Source of the DNA: Escherichia coli
GTDB taxonomy: Bacteria; Pseudomonadota; Gammaproteobacteria; Enterobacterales; Enterobacteriaceae
Assembly (NCBI RefSeq): GCF_046105845.1
Contig: NZ_CP151004.1
DNA: 64,000 bases
Strand: one strand, 5' to 3'
The translations under genes were made by a program, and so were the position numbers. Below the pieces are notes generated by a model. It ran no database searches. It had not been told where the DNA came from and worked only from the letters and a program-made list of their open reading frames with translations. The stretch's first letter is position 1. Each line of letters starts with the position of its first letter. This document shows, in pieces, positions 1 to 13,415 of this stretch.

Positions 1-1201
1 ATAACCATAAGCCATAAATGCAGGCACCGACACCTACCGCTTTATGCAGTGGACGGGTTGCGATTTTCAGCAAGAACGCGCCGACCAGGAAATAGGGCAC
101 CAGAATCATTTCTGAGGCGATGGTCAGCAACGTGTTGTAATCGGAACCGGTCAGCCAGATGAGTACCAGACAAATTTGCACGCAGATGTTGGTCAACCAC
201 AGTGAGGCGGATGGCGCAGCTTGTGCGTTCTGGCGCGCAAAAATGCGTGGGAATGCTTTATGAGTGGCAGCCAGGAACGGAACTTCTGCCGCCATGATGG
301 TCCAGCTTAAGTACGCGCCGCAAACGGAAACGATCAAACCGGCAGCGATGATGATTTCGCCCCACGGTCCCATCATTTCCACCATCAGACCGGCCATTGA
401 CGGGTTACGAATTTCAGCCAGTTCAGGACGTGCCACCACGCCCAGCGAAAGCAGCGTTACCAGCAAGTAAACGCCCAGAGCGGAGAGAACCGCCAGCAGT
501 GTCGCTTTGCCAACATCACGTTTATTACGCGCACGCGCAGAAACAACCACGGCACCTTCCACACCAATGAAAACCCACAGGGTGATCAGCATGGTGTTTT
601 TCACCTGTTCCCAAACGGGTACGCCAAGTGCAAGTCCGGTGAAGTCGAGCTTGAAGGTATCCAGTTTGAACATCATCATCGCCAGCACAACAAACAGACC
701 CAGCGGCAACAATTTTGCCAGTGTCGCCACCAGGTTAATGCTGGCAGCGGTTTGCACTCCGCGCAGGATCAAAAAGTGAACAATCCACAATAAAGCCGAT
801 GCACCGAGGATCGATTGCCAGGTATTACCATCGCCAAACAGGCGCAATTCCGGCGTGTCCGTAAAAAAGCTTAACGCGGAAAAAACGATCACCAGATAGG
901 AGACGTTGGCGATGACCGCGCACAGCCAGTATCCCCATGCGGAACAAAAGCCGATTAGCTCGCCAAACCCTTCGCGGGCATAGGTAAAGATACCGCCGTC
1001 AAGTTCGGGACGAATGCGCGTGAGGATCAGCATGGCAAAGGCCAGCAATAAAATGCCAGCACCAGTAATACCCCAGCCGATGAGCAGTGCTGCCGGGCTG
1101 GCAACTGCCGCCATATTTTGCGGCAGACTGAAAACACCCGCGCCCAGCATTGAGCTTAATACCAGCGCGGTGAGTGCGCTCAGTCCCAGTTTCTTTTCCA
1201 T
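1..1201 (-). CDS. ydgI: APC-family amino acid antiporter-like membrane protein (arginine:ornithine antiporter homolog); 5' part only, 3' end runs off the window start
   Basis: Minus-strand ATG at 1199-1201 gives MEKKLGLSALTALVLSSMLGAGVF..., open to position 1; hydrophobic polytopic protein; lies next to ydgH as in E. coli. Not in ORF track because no stop codon falls inside the window. Confidence 0.85.
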   Translation of the reverse strand, partial: MEKKLGLSALTALVLSSMLGAGVFSLPQNMAAVASPAALLIGWGITGAGILLLAFAMLILTRIRPELDGGIFTYAREGFGELIGFCSAWGYWLCAVIANVSYLVIVFSALSFFTDTPELRLFGDGNTWQSILGASALLWIVHFLILRGVQTAASINLVATLAKLLPLGLFVVLAMMMFKLDTFKLDFTGLALGVPVWEQVKNTMLITLWVFIGVEGAVVVSARARNKRDVGKATLLAVLSALGVYLLVTLLSLGVVARPELAEIRNPSMAGLMVEMMGPWGEIIIAAGLIVSVCGAYLSWTIMAAEVPFLAATHKAFPRIFARQNAQAAPSASLWLTNICVQICLVLIWLTGSDYNTLLTIASEMILVPYFLVGAFLLKIATRPLHKAVGVGACIYGLWL

Positions 1202-1336
1202 CGATATCCAGTGATTAAAACGTGATAAGAAGAATAAATATTAGGGCAAAACGCATAAAAATGGAGTTTGCCACTGAAGCGCGGGATTTTACGAAGAGAT
1301 GTGTCTGCATGCAATGGTCGCGGGGAAATTTGTGAC

Positions 1337-1368
1337 TAAAAATGCGAAAGGCGGCATCAAGCCGCCTT
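1337..1368 (-). terminator. Intrinsic terminator downstream of ydgH
   Basis: Minus-strand RNA forms an 8-bp GC-rich stem (AAGGCGGC / GCCGCCTT, loop 5 nt) followed by a U-run (plus-strand AAAAA at 1338-1342), 19 nt past the ydgH stop. Confidence 0.65.
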
Positions 1369-1386
1369 ATAGGAGTAACTGAATAG

Positions 1387-2331
1387 TTATTTATACAGAT
1401 CTGCGCTGACGGTCAGGTTATTACCACGTTCCTGCCACTGGCGGGTGATGTGGTAATACTTAGCACCTTTCTTCGCGGCACGTTTCGCAACCTGATAGGA
1501 GACTTCAGTCATGTTGCCGTAGTTGCCAGAGAATTTGATGCTGTCGAACGGGACCATCATCGCTGCGGTCGCTTTGTTCAGTTCTTCGACTTTAGTGCCG
1601 TCAGGAAGCGTGACAGTGTAACGCCCGCCTTTTGATGACTGGGTTTCAAAGAAGCGACCGACTTCAGAGCTTGGTGATGCGGTAGTCGCAACACCCGGGA
1701 TCTCAACTTTCTTCGCGGCTTCGCCACCGGCAGCCAGAGCTGCACGTCCTGCTTCGGAATCTGCCGGGATCACATCCGGGCTCTGGACGATACGTTTCTT
1801 AGCATCTTTTTTATAGATGAATGCAGTAATACGCTGGTTGCCGCCCTGGTTGGCATCGATTTGACGAACGATGTAGAAAGAGTAGGCACCTTTCGCTTTT
1901 GCCGCTTTGGTGATGGCATCATTGACTTCTGGCTGGCTACGATAGAAGCCCTGGACGGTGACCGTGTCAAACGGTTCAATCAGAACAGCCTGATCTTTCG
2001 GCAGTTCGACAACACCGTTAATTACGCGATTACTTGTTTCTTCTGCTTTTTCAGCATCGGCTTTATAGAGGTCAGCGACCACACGCCAGTTACCGCTGTT
2101 ACCAAAATCAGAAGTGTCGACAACATAAAAAGAGGCGGCACCTTCTTTATCTGCGCGACGAGAAACGGCTTTCACCGCTTCGCCAATAGCATTAAAACGA
2201 CCGGTAACCACTACACGGTCAAAAGGTTTAACCGCTGCCGCTTGCTCCGGTGTCAGTTCTGTTGCTGCGTTAACGGAGAATGCCGTAGCAGAAAGCAGTG
2301 CCGACGCCAGGAGGGTGTTCTTAAGCTTCAT
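1387..2331 (-). CDS. ydgH: Periplasmic DUF1471-repeat protein YdgH
   Basis: 314-aa ORF with signal peptide MKLKNTLLASALLSATAFSVNA and three internally repeated ~60-aa modules; length and sequence match YdgH as recalled. Confidence 0.9.
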   Translation of the reverse strand: MKLKNTLLASALLSATAFSVNAATELTPEQAAAVKPFDRVVVTGRFNAIGEAVKAVSRRADKEGAASFYVVDTSDFGNSGNWRVVADLYKADAEKAEETSNRVINGVVELPKDQAVLIEPFDTVTVQGFYRSQPEVNDAITKAAKAKGAYSFYIVRQIDANQGGNQRITAFIYKKDAKKRIVQSPDVIPADSEAGRAALAAGGEAAKKVEIPGVATTASPSSEVGRFFETQSSKGGRYTVTLPDGTKVEELNKATAAMMVPFDSIKFSGNYGNMTEVSYQVAKRAAKKGAKYYHITRQWQERGNNLTVSADLYK

Positions 2332-2791
2332 AAAAATAATCCTTCGCCTTGCGCAAACCAGGTACTGGTATTGTTATTAACGAGAAACGTGGCTGATTAT
2401 TGCATTTAAACGGTGTAACTGTCTGCGTCATTTTTCATATCACATTCCTTAAGCCAATTTAAATCCTGCTCAAATGACCGTCTATGCTTAAAAAACAGCC
2501 GTATCAGCATCAATACTACTGAAGCAACTGAATTGTATAAGTTAATTTAATGTTAAGTAGTGATTCGTGCCGGGGCGATATCACGTTTTACCCGACCGTC
2601 GAAGACAATTATCAGTCTTTATCCGGCGTTCTAAGGTGTTTATCCCACTATCACGGCTGAATCGTTAATATTTTGCGAGTTCACGCCGAAATACTGATTT
2701 TTGGCGCTAGATCACAGGCATAATTTTCAGTACGTTATAGGGCGTTTGTTACTAATTTATTTTAACGGAGTAACATTTAGCTCGTACATGA

Positions 2792-4387
<1,596 letters not shown>

Positions 4388-4394
4388 GGGGTAA

Positions 4395-5786
<1,392 letters not shown>

Positions 5787-5790
5787 CCCT

Positions 5791-5822
5791 GACGGCCTCT
5801 GCGGAGGCCGTCACTCTTTATT
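5791..5822. terminator. Hairpin terminator between convergent pntB and tqsA
   Basis: Inverted repeat GACGGCCTC-tgcg-GAGGCCGTC (9-bp stem) directly after the pntB stop, followed by ACTCTTTATT; overlaps the tqsA stop codon. Confidence 0.7.
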
Positions 5823-6845
5823 GAGATCGCTTAACAGAACGGCGATGCTTTGACCTCCCGCTGTTTGTTCAAGCGCAATTTTGACAATAATTGTCAACGG
5901 CACGGAAAGCAGCATACCCACCGGTCCTAACAACCATCCCCAAAAAATCAACGACAAAAATACCACCAATGTCGAAAGCCCCAGCCCACGTCCCATGATG
6001 CGCGGCTCCAGAATATTGCCGAAGACCAGATTAATCAGCAGATATCCCGCCAGCACCAACAACGCTTCGTAGAAGCCATTAAACACCAGTACCTGAGCGA
6101 TAGGGGGAATTGCTGCGAGAACTGAACCAATATTCGGGATGTAATTAAGCGCAAAGGCCAGCAATCCCCAGACAAAAGCGAAGCGAACATCGAGTGCGGC
6201 GAGCATCGCCCAGGCGACCAGGCCGGTGATGATGCTGATGGCTGTTTTCAGCACCAGATAATGAGACACACTGTCAATCGCACGCTGAATCGCCGCCATC
6301 CCTTCAACCGGACGCGCCATCATTTGCTGAAATTTTCCGGGCAATTGTGGCACTTCGAGCAGCATAAACAACACCGTCAGCAGCAATAAAAATATTGATG
6401 ACATGGCATTAGATAACTGCGTCAATAAGTTAGTGAGCAACGTCATCGCCGCGTTCGGATCAATATAATGCGCCAGCTGGTCAACTGAGACGTCAATCCC
6501 TACGCGTTGCAACAACGGTTCAAGCGCTTGCAGCGGCGTCATAATAGAGTTGCGATATTGCGGTAACGTCCGCGTCAACTCGTTGAGCGCGGAACCCAGA
6601 TAAGCTAACAGCAACACCATAGCCATCACGATGATGGTCATCAAAATCGACACCGCCAGTACACGCGGCACTCGCCAGCGGACCATGTGTTGCACCAGCG
6701 GGTTAAGAATAACAGCAATAAATAATGCGAGAATAAACGGCACGATGATCTCGGCGGCAAAACGGATACCGCAGAGAATAATGACCAGCATTCCCAACAT
6801 AATGACGATTTTTAGGCCATTGAGCGTGATGATCGGCTTTGCCAT
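5811..6845 (-). CDS. tqsA: Autoinducer-2 exporter (AI-2E family membrane protein)
   Basis: 344-aa polytopic membrane protein; sequence and position next to pntB match TqsA (YdgG). Confidence 0.9.
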
Positions 6846-7256
6846 GCTTGTCCCCGTTTTTTCTTCCTTTGCTAATAATAATGTCTTTTTCGCTCCGTCA
6901 TCATAACGAAAATCAAACCGCTCAGGTAAAGAAGTGAAAATATTTTGAGTTAATTCTTAAGCTATGATACAAATCAGGCGTGTTCAACTACCGAGGACAA
7001 TTATCATCCGCGATGACGAGAAGCAACACTGCGGATAATTGTAATATTATGGACAATTTGTTCAGGACGTTATTTTCTACATTTACCCATCTTCGTACCT
7101 CATCCACTATCTTGCTCGTAGGTGAGCAGCACTGGCGCAACGCGCTTTAGTCCTTTCTTCTGCTTAAGCTTGCGCTATGCGCGGGGCTTGACCACTTTAC
7201 TTTGGTTTCGCTGAATTAAGCGAAAATTAAAATAATTCTCTTGCAGGAGAAGGACA

Positions 7257-7622
7257 ATGTATATTTATTGGATTTTATTAGGTCTGGCTATTGCTACAGA
7301 AATTACCGGTACGCTGTCTATGAAATGGGCGAGCGTCAGTGAGGGAAATGGCGGCTTTATTTTAATGCTGGTGATGATTTCTCTGTCGTATATATTTCTC
7401 TCTTTCGCCGTTAAAAAAATCGCCTTAGGCGTAGCTTATGCGCTGTGGGAAGGTATCGGTATTTTATTTATTACCTTGTTTAGCGTTTTGTTATTCGACG
7501 AAAGTTTATCGCTGATGAAAATTGCCGGGTTAACCACCCTGGTGGCCGGGATTGTGTTGATCAAATCAGGTACCCGTAAAGCGCGTAAACCTGAACTGGA
7601 GGTGAACCATGGCGCAGTTTGA
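7257..7622 (+). CDS. mdtJ: SMR-family spermidine export protein subunit
   Basis: 121-aa four-helix small multidrug resistance protein; overlaps the downstream paralogue by 14 nt. Confidence 0.9.
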
Positions 7623-7938
7623 ATGGGTTCACGCCGCCTGGCTGGCATTGGCAATCGTGCTGGAAATCGTTGCTAACGTCTTTTTGAAATTTTCTGACGG
7701 CTTTCGTCGCAAAATATTTGGCTTGCTCTCTCTGGCGGCGGTGCTGGCTGCCTTTAGTGCGCTTTCTCAGGCCGTTAAAGGGATCGACTTGTCTGTCGCT
7801 TATGCATTGTGGGGCGGATTTGGTATTGCCGCCACGTTAGCCGCAGGTTGGATCTTGTTTGGTCAACGGTTAAATCGTAAAGGCTGGATTGGCCTGGTGC
7901 TGCTGTTGGCTGGAATGATCATGGTGAAACTTGCCTGA
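7609..7938 (+). CDS. mdtI: SMR-family spermidine export protein subunit
   Basis: 109-aa SMR-family protein; start overlaps the end of mdtJ, consistent with translational coupling of the heterodimer pair. Confidence 0.9.
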
Positions 7939-7943
7939 TGAAC

Positions 7944-7985
7944 ACGCTGCCCGCACAGTCGGGCAGCGTTTGAACATTATTTTTG
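7944..7985. terminator. Hairpin terminator between convergent mdtI and ydgD
   Basis: Perfect 10-bp inverted repeat ACGCTGCCCG-cacagt-CGGGCAGCGT starting 6 nt after the mdtI stop, followed by TTGAACATTATTTTT. Confidence 0.7.
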
Positions 7986-8798
7986 CGACAGTTGATCCAG
8001 CCTGTCGCGAAAGCCGGTAACAGAAATGGCCCGGTTATCGGCGCGCCAGCGATCTTTCGCGGCAGGAGCCGAACTTTGCACCCCAATTAATTGCCAGCCG
8101 TCATCGGTATGCAACATCAGAGGCGAACCGCTGTCACCCGGCAAGGTATCGCACTGATGCGACATCACCGACGTTTGCGCCCAGCCAGTCACTTCACAGT
8201 TTTGATGACTGTACAACGTATCGAGATGATCTTCAGGGTATCCCGCCTGAGTCACTTTACGACCTGCCGCTTTTAATGCGGCGGTAAGCGCGGCTTTATC
8301 TCCCTCAAATAACGGCAATGGTGTAATGCCAGAAGGGGGATTACGCAGCACTATCAAGCCGAAGTCCCATGGTGCAGCTGCGGGAGGAACAATCCAACCA
8401 TCCCCATCTGCTTTTAACCGCTTTCCCAGTGTCGGATCAACGCGGCCTTCTATGTCGTGGATCTCATAGCGCCAAAGACCTTTATTTGACACGAAACGCA
8501 GCGCTACCGCTTTATCGGCTTTACCCTTTGGCGGCGTCAATAAACAGTGTCCTGCCGTTAATGCCAGATTGGGTGCAATCAGCGTCGCCGTACATAAATT
8601 GCCGCTGGCCGTTTCAAGTTGGCCAACCGCATCCCACGGTGATTGGGTCGTGTCATTCACTGGCACACGATCATCATGACCAAAAAACAGGGTGCTGACC
8701 TCATCGTTTGCCGATTTGGCAACGTCTGGTTTATCTGCAAACACAAAAGCAGACGTCAAACTAATTGCACCCAACACTACAGCAATGGTTGTACGCAT
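7977..8798 (-). CDS. ydgD: Secreted trypsin-like serine peptidase
   Basis: 273-aa ORF with signal peptide; catalytic-site motifs TAGHC and GDSGSP visible in the translation. Confidence 0.9.
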   Translation of the reverse strand: MRTTIAVVLGAISLTSAFVFADKPDVAKSANDEVSTLFFGHDDRVPVNDTTQSPWDAVGQLETASGNLCTATLIAPNLALTAGHCLLTPPKGKADKAVALRFVSNKGLWRYEIHDIEGRVDPTLGKRLKADGDGWIVPPAAAPWDFGLIVLRNPPSGITPLPLFEGDKAALTAALKAAGRKVTQAGYPEDHLDTLYSHQNCEVTGWAQTSVMSHQCDTLPGDSGSPLMLHTDDGWQLIGVQSSAPAAKDRWRADNRAISVTGFRDRLDQLSQK

Positions 8799-9073
8799 AT
8801 CACACTCTGGTGGGTAATTATGATTATTAAAAGCAAACCCTCATAAATACTATAGACGGGACGGGATGAAAGTGGGAGTAAAATCAGATAACTACGATCA
8901 GGAAAGATAAAAACGGGCGGCAATCAGTGCGCATAAAATAAGGATGATAAGAATGAACTCAAAGCGATAACGGCCCACCATACTACCCTCCGCTAAAGGC
9001 GGTGCTAAACGTTACCCGCTTAGCACCGTAATTTTCAGGCGCGAGGGGGCGCGCCAGCATTACTGTTGAAAAC

Positions 9074-9382
9074 TTACGCTGCGGGTTGTGCAGCAGGTTT
9101 TGCCGGTTGCTGATGGCTGTGTTTCTTGGCGTGTTTCTTCGCTGCCTGCGCTTTTTGTTCAGGAGCTTTCTGTTCAGCTTTGGCATTTTTATGATGCTTT
9201 TTAGCCGCCTGCGCTTTCTGGGCAGGTGCTGCTTTATGCTGTTTTTTATGATGTGTGGTTTTCGCAGGCGCTGCTTTGGTGGTCGTCGCAGTCGGAGCAG
9301 GTGTGGTCGCAGTCTCTGCAGCAAAGGCAGCAGAAGACAGACCCATAGCAGCGGCAACAACCAGAGCTAATACTTTTTTCAT
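9074..9382 (-). CDS. asr: Acid shock protein (periplasmic, Lys/Ala/His-rich)
   Basis: Start trimmed to ATG at 9380-9382 ([21 protein letters not shown] signal peptide), 102 aa; low-complexity K/A/H/Q repeats typical of Asr. ORF track begins at 9409. Confidence 0.85.
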   Translation of the reverse strand: MKKVLALVVAAAMGLSSAAFAAETATTPAPTATTTKAAPAKTTHHKKQHKAAPAQKAQAAKKHHKNAKAEQKAPEQKAQAAKKHAKKHSHQQPAKPAAQPAA

Positions 9383-9652
9383 TGTCATACCCTCAATTTG
9401 TTTTTTCATTTAACCCCACTGCGGGGCCGTTGAAATAACTATATCCCTGGGAATGGCAGACTTCCGTGAGTGGTTGGTTTCAGCGTGTAACGATATGTAC
9501 AAACGCTGAATAAATTACAGCATTGATAATAACGTATTGTGACTTAAGGAAAATTTAGCTACCAATAATAGTAGTCTTGATCGTGTTAACTATTTTACTA
9601 CTTACAAAGCGGTAGAATAACTGCGCATCAGTAATAAATGACACACAGCAAA

Positions 9653-9757
9653 ATGAATCCGTTTATTTGGGTACTTATAATCCTGATGACGCTAGATGCG
9701 CTGCGGGAATTGGCTGGCGCTTCGTCTATTTTAGGATGGCTATTAACGTTGGTTTGA
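9653..9757 (+). CDS. Candidate small hydrophobic protein (34 aa; in-frame alternative ATG at 9638 gives 39 aa)
   Basis: ORF MNPFIWVLIILMTLDALRELAGASSILGWLLTLV ending TGA 9755-9757, followed 7 nt later by a strong intrinsic terminator. No convincing Shine-Dalgarno. May correspond to a small protein annotated between asr and ynfM in E. coli, but I cannot confirm the name. Confidence 0.35.
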   Translation: MNPFIWVLIILMTLDALRELAGASSILGWLLTLV

Positions 9758-9763
9758 GCAGGC

Positions 9764-9807
9764 AATAAGTCCGGATGGGTATTTACCGCAGTCCGGACTT
9801 ATTTTTT
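9764..9807 (+). terminator. Rho-independent terminator (plus-strand)
   Basis: 12-bp perfect stem AATAAGTCCGGA / TCCGGACTTATT with a 16-nt loop, followed by TTTTTT at 9802-9807; the reverse complement lacks a U-tract, so it is directional. Confidence 0.6.
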
Positions 9808-11060
9808 CAGACGTGCAGACGATGATGCAAACGCGTCCCGACCAGCAGAGCAATGACCAGCATCAGAGCAATAAATGCGCCGACGCCGTTCCAGCCATAG
9901 TTATGCCAGAAAACACCACCCAGCGTCCCGGCAATACTCGACCCCAGATAGTAACTGAACAGATACAGCGAGGAGGCCTGGCCTTTAGCGCGTTTTGCGC
10001 GGGGGCCGATCCAGCTGCTGGCTACTGAGTGGGCTGCGAAGAATCCGGCTGAGAAGAGTAACATTCCGGCAAAGATCAGCCACAGCGAGCTGAATAAGGT
10101 CATCAATAAACCAAACAGCATAACCCCCGTCGAAAACAACATCACCGGACCGCGCCCATAGCGGGTGGTCATGGTTCCGGCTTTTGGTGAGCTCCATGTA
10201 CCGGTCAAATAAGCCAGCGATAATAAGCCAACCACGGCCTGGCTGACATGCCAGGGGGAGAGCATCAACCGATAGCCGATGTAATTAAACAGCGTGACGA
10301 ACGACCCCATCAGCAAAAAGCCTTCTGCGAACAATAACGGTAATCCCCGGTCACGCCAGTGCAGACGAAAGTTGATAAACAACGTCTTAGGTCGCAGCGA
10401 AGTCGGGCGAAAATGGCGTGATTCAGGGAGGATTTTCCAGAACATTAACGCCGAGGCCAGCGCGAAACAACCGATTGCCGCCAGCGCAATTCGCCAGTTG
10501 AAAAAGTCCGTGAAGACACCGCTAATTAAGCGTCCGCTCATGCCGCCAATTGAGTTGCCGCTGATATACAACCCCATCGAAAAGGCCACGAAACTGGGGT
10601 GGATTTCCTCGCTAAGATAAGTCATGCCAACAGCTGCTACGCCACTTAACGAAAGCCCAATCAAGGCGCGCATAATCAAAATGCCGTGCCAGCTGGTCAT
10701 CATTGTCGAAAGTAACGTACAAATGGAGGCCAACAGTAGCGCCGTGACCATCACTGGTTTGCGACCAATGGCATCGGATAACGGGCCAGTAAACAGCAAA
10801 CCGATAGCCAACATCGCCGTGGAAATGGACAGTGAAATACTACTGTTCGCGGGCGTTAAGCCAAACTCCTGTGAAAGCACCGGAAGGATAGGTTGCACAC
10901 AATAGAGAAGTGCGAAGGTTGCCAGTCCGGCAGAGAACAGCGCCAGGGTGACGCGCATAAATTGCGGCGTACCGCGTTTAATAAATTGATTTGGCTGAGA
11001 AATGCTTTGCTTGTCAGTGTCGCTTGCCGGAGCGCCATCAACAGTTGTAGTACGGCTCAC
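9807..11060 (-). CDS. ynfM: MFS transporter
   Basis: 417-aa 12-TM major facilitator; divergent from the LysR-type regulator gene ynfL. Confidence 0.9.
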   Translation of the reverse strand: MSRTTTVDGAPASDTDKQSISQPNQFIKRGTPQFMRVTLALFSAGLATFALLYCVQPILPVLSQEFGLTPANSSISLSISTAMLAIGLLFTGPLSDAIGRKPVMVTALLLASICTLLSTMMTSWHGILIMRALIGLSLSGVAAVGMTYLSEEIHPSFVAFSMGLYISGNSIGGMSGRLISGVFTDFFNWRIALAAIGCFALASALMFWKILPESRHFRPTSLRPKTLFINFRLHWRDRGLPLLFAEGFLLMGSFVTLFNYIGYRLMLSPWHVSQAVVGLLSLAYLTGTWSSPKAGTMTTRYGRGPVMLFSTGVMLFGLLMTLFSSLWLIFAGMLLFSAGFFAAHSVASSWIGPRAKRAKGQASSLYLFSYYLGSSIAGTLGGVFWHNYGWNGVGAFIALMLVIALLVGTRLHHRLHV

Positions 11061-11166
11061 TTGAAATCCTTGCTAAATATGCCTGTGGATCAGGCTTATA
11101 CATAGGGTAGGAAAATCGAATTGTTCTGTCTAATATATTAATAATCTCAAATAAGATGTTTTAAAT

Positions 11167-12060
11167 ATGAATATTGAACTTCGTCATCTGCGTTACTTTG
11201 TTGCTGTTGCGGAGGAGCTGCATTTCGGGCGCGCGGCTGCCCGCCTGAATATTTCGCAACCGCCGCTAAGTCAGCAGATTCAGGCACTGGAGCAACAAAT
11301 CGGTGCCCGACTGCTGGCACGGACCAATCGCAGTGTATTGCTGACGGCAGCAGGAAAACAGTTTCTTGCAGATAGTCGGCAAATCCTGTCTATGGTGGAT
11401 GACGCTGCCGCTCGCGCTGAAAGGCTGCATCAGGGCGAAGCGGGGGAGTTGCGCATTGGTTTTACTTCGTCCGCTCCTTTTATTCGGGCGGTGTCCGATA
11501 CGTTATCGCTGTTTCGCCGTGATTATCCCGATGTCCATTTACAAACCCGCGAAATGAACACTCGCGAGCAAATCGCTCCGCTCATTGAAGGAACGCTGGA
11601 TATGGGATTGCTGCGTAACACAGCGTTACCGGAGACGCTTGAACACGCAGTCATCGTCCATGAACCGCTTATGGCGATGATCCCGCACGATCATCCCCTG
11701 GCAAATAACCCGAATGTAACGCTGGCTGAACTGGCGAAAGAACCCTTTGTCTTTTTTGATCCGCACGTCGGGACAGGGTTGTATGACGATATTCTCGGAC
11801 TGATGCGACGTTACCATTTGACGCCCGTCATCACTCAGGAGGTGGGTGAGGCAATGACCATCATCGGTCTGGTTTCTGCCGGTCTGGGTGTTTCAATTTT
11901 GCCTGCGTCATTTAAACGTGTTCAGCTCAACGAAATGCGCTGGGTGCCGATTGCTGAAGAGGATGCGGTTTCTGAAATGTGGTTGGTCTGGCCGAAACAT
12001 CATGAACAAAGTCCGGCTGCGCGTAACTTTCGTATTCATCTGCTGAATGCTCTCAGGTGA
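11167..12060 (+). CDS. ynfL: LysR-family transcriptional regulator
   Basis: 297-aa protein with N-terminal wHTH (MNIELRHLRYFVAVAEELHFGRAAARLNISQPPLSQQIQALE) and LysR substrate-binding domain. Confidence 0.9.
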   Translation: MNIELRHLRYFVAVAEELHFGRAAARLNISQPPLSQQIQALEQQIGARLLARTNRSVLLTAAGKQFLADSRQILSMVDDAAARAERLHQGEAGELRIGFTSSAPFIRAVSDTLSLFRRDYPDVHLQTREMNTREQIAPLIEGTLDMGLLRNTALPETLEHAVIVHEPLMAMIPHDHPLANNPNVTLAELAKEPFVFFDPHVGTGLYDDILGLMRRYHLTPVITQEVGEAMTIIGLVSAGLGVSILPASFKRVQLNEMRWVPIAEEDAVSEMWLVWPKHHEQSPAARNFRIHLLNALR

Positions 12061-12159
12061 GGGAAATTTCAGCGAAAAAGCCCGAAAAATGTGCTGTTAA
12101 TCACATGCCTAAGTAAAAATTTGACGACACGTATTGAAGTGCTTCACCATAGCCTACAG

Positions 12160-12182
12160 ATTATTTCGGAGCGCGAAAATAT
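12160..12182. promoter_or_regulatory. Candidate Mlc operator (autoregulatory) upstream of mlc
   Basis: Near-palindrome ATTATTTCGgagcGCGAAAATAT ending 12 nt before the mlc GTG start; resembles Mlc/NagC-type operators as I recall them. Confidence 0.35.
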
Positions 12183-12194
12183 AGGGAGTATGCG

Positions 12195-13415
12195 GTGGTT
12201 GCTGAAAACCAGCCTGGGCACATTGATCAAATAAAGCAGACCAACGCGGGCGCGGTTTATCGCCTGATTGATCAGCTTGGTCCAGTCTCGCGTATCGATC
12301 TTTCCCGTCTGGCGCAGCTGGCTCCTGCCAGTATCACTAAAATTGTCCGTGAGATGCTCGAAGCACACCTGGTGCAAGAGCTGGAAATCAAAGAAGCGGG
12401 GAACCGTGGCCGTCCGGCAGTGGGGCTGGTGGTTGAAACTGAAGCCTGGCACTATCTTTCTCTGCGCATTAGTCGCGGGGAGATTTTCCTTGCTTTGCGC
12501 GATCTGAGCAGCAAACTGGTAGTGGAGGAGTCGCAGGAACTGGCGTTAAAAGATGACTCGCCATTGCTGGATCGTATCATTTCCCATATCGATCAGTTTT
12601 TTATCCGCCACCAGAAAAAACTTGAGCGTCTGACTTCGATTGCCATTACCTTGCCGGGAATTATTGATACGGAAAATGGTATTGTACATCGCATGCCGTT
12701 CTACGAGGATGTAAAAGAGATGCCGCTCGGCGAGGCGCTGGAGCAGCATACCGGCGTACCGGTTTATATTCAGCATGATATCAGCGCATGGACGATGGCT
12801 GAGGCCTTGTTTGGTGCCTCACGCGGGGCGCGCGATGTGATTCAGGTGGTTATCGATCACAACGTGGGGGCTGGCGTCATTACCGATGGTCATCTGCTAC
12901 ACGCAGGCAGCAGTAGCCTCGTGGAAATAGGCCACACACAGGTCGACCCGTATGGGAAACGCTGTTATTGCGGGAATCACGGTTGCCTCGAAACCATCGC
13001 CAGTGTGGACAGTATTCTTGAGCTGGCACAGCTGCGTCTCAATCAATCCATGAGCTCGATGTTACATGGACAACCGTTAACCGTGGACTCATTGTGTCAG
13101 GCGGCATTGCGCGGCGATCTACTGGCAAAAGACATCATTACCGGGGTAGGCGCGCATGTCGGTCGCATTCTTGCCATCATGGTGAATTTATTTAACCCAC
13201 AAAAAATACTGATTGGCTCACCGTTAAGTAAAGCGGCAGATATCCTCTTCCCAGTCATCTCGGACAGCATCCGTCAGCAGGCCCTTCCTGCGTATAGTCA
13301 GCACATTAGCGTTGAGAGTACTCAGTTTTCTAACCAGGGCACGATGGCAGGCGCTGCGCTGGTAAAAGACGCGATGTATAACGGTTCTTTGTTGATTCGT
13401 CTGTTGCAGGGTTAA
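12195..13415 (+). CDS. mlc: ROK-family global repressor Mlc (DgsA)
   Basis: 406-aa ORF with GTG start at 12195 (MVAENQPGHIDQIKQTNAGAVYRLIDQ...); ROK sugar-kinase-like fold with zinc motif HxxVDPYGKRCYCGNHGC; matches Mlc. Confidence 0.92.
   Translation: MVAENQPGHIDQIKQTNAGAVYRLIDQLGPVSRIDLSRLAQLAPASITKIVREMLEAHLVQELEIKEAGNRGRPAVGLVVETEAWHYLSLRISRGEIFLALRDLSSKLVVEESQELALKDDSPLLDRIISHIDQFFIRHQKKLERLTSIAITLPGIIDTENGIVHRMPFYEDVKEMPLGEALEQHTGVPVYIQHDISAWTMAEALFGASRGARDVIQVVIDHNVGAGVITDGHLLHAGSSSLVEIGHTQVDPYGKRCYCGNHGCLETIASVDSILELAQLRLNQSMSSMLHGQPLTVDSLCQAALRGDLLAKDIITGVGAHVGRILAIMVNLFNPQKILIGSPLSKAADILFPVISDSIRQQALPAYSQHISVESTQFSNQGTMAGAALVKDAMYNGSLLIRLLQG

Noticed and set aside
9035-9060. GC-rich hairpin (GGCGCG-aggggg-CGCGCC) just downstream of asr that could be its terminator.
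   Set aside because: Short 6-bp stem with no clear U-tract on the minus strand; too weak to call.
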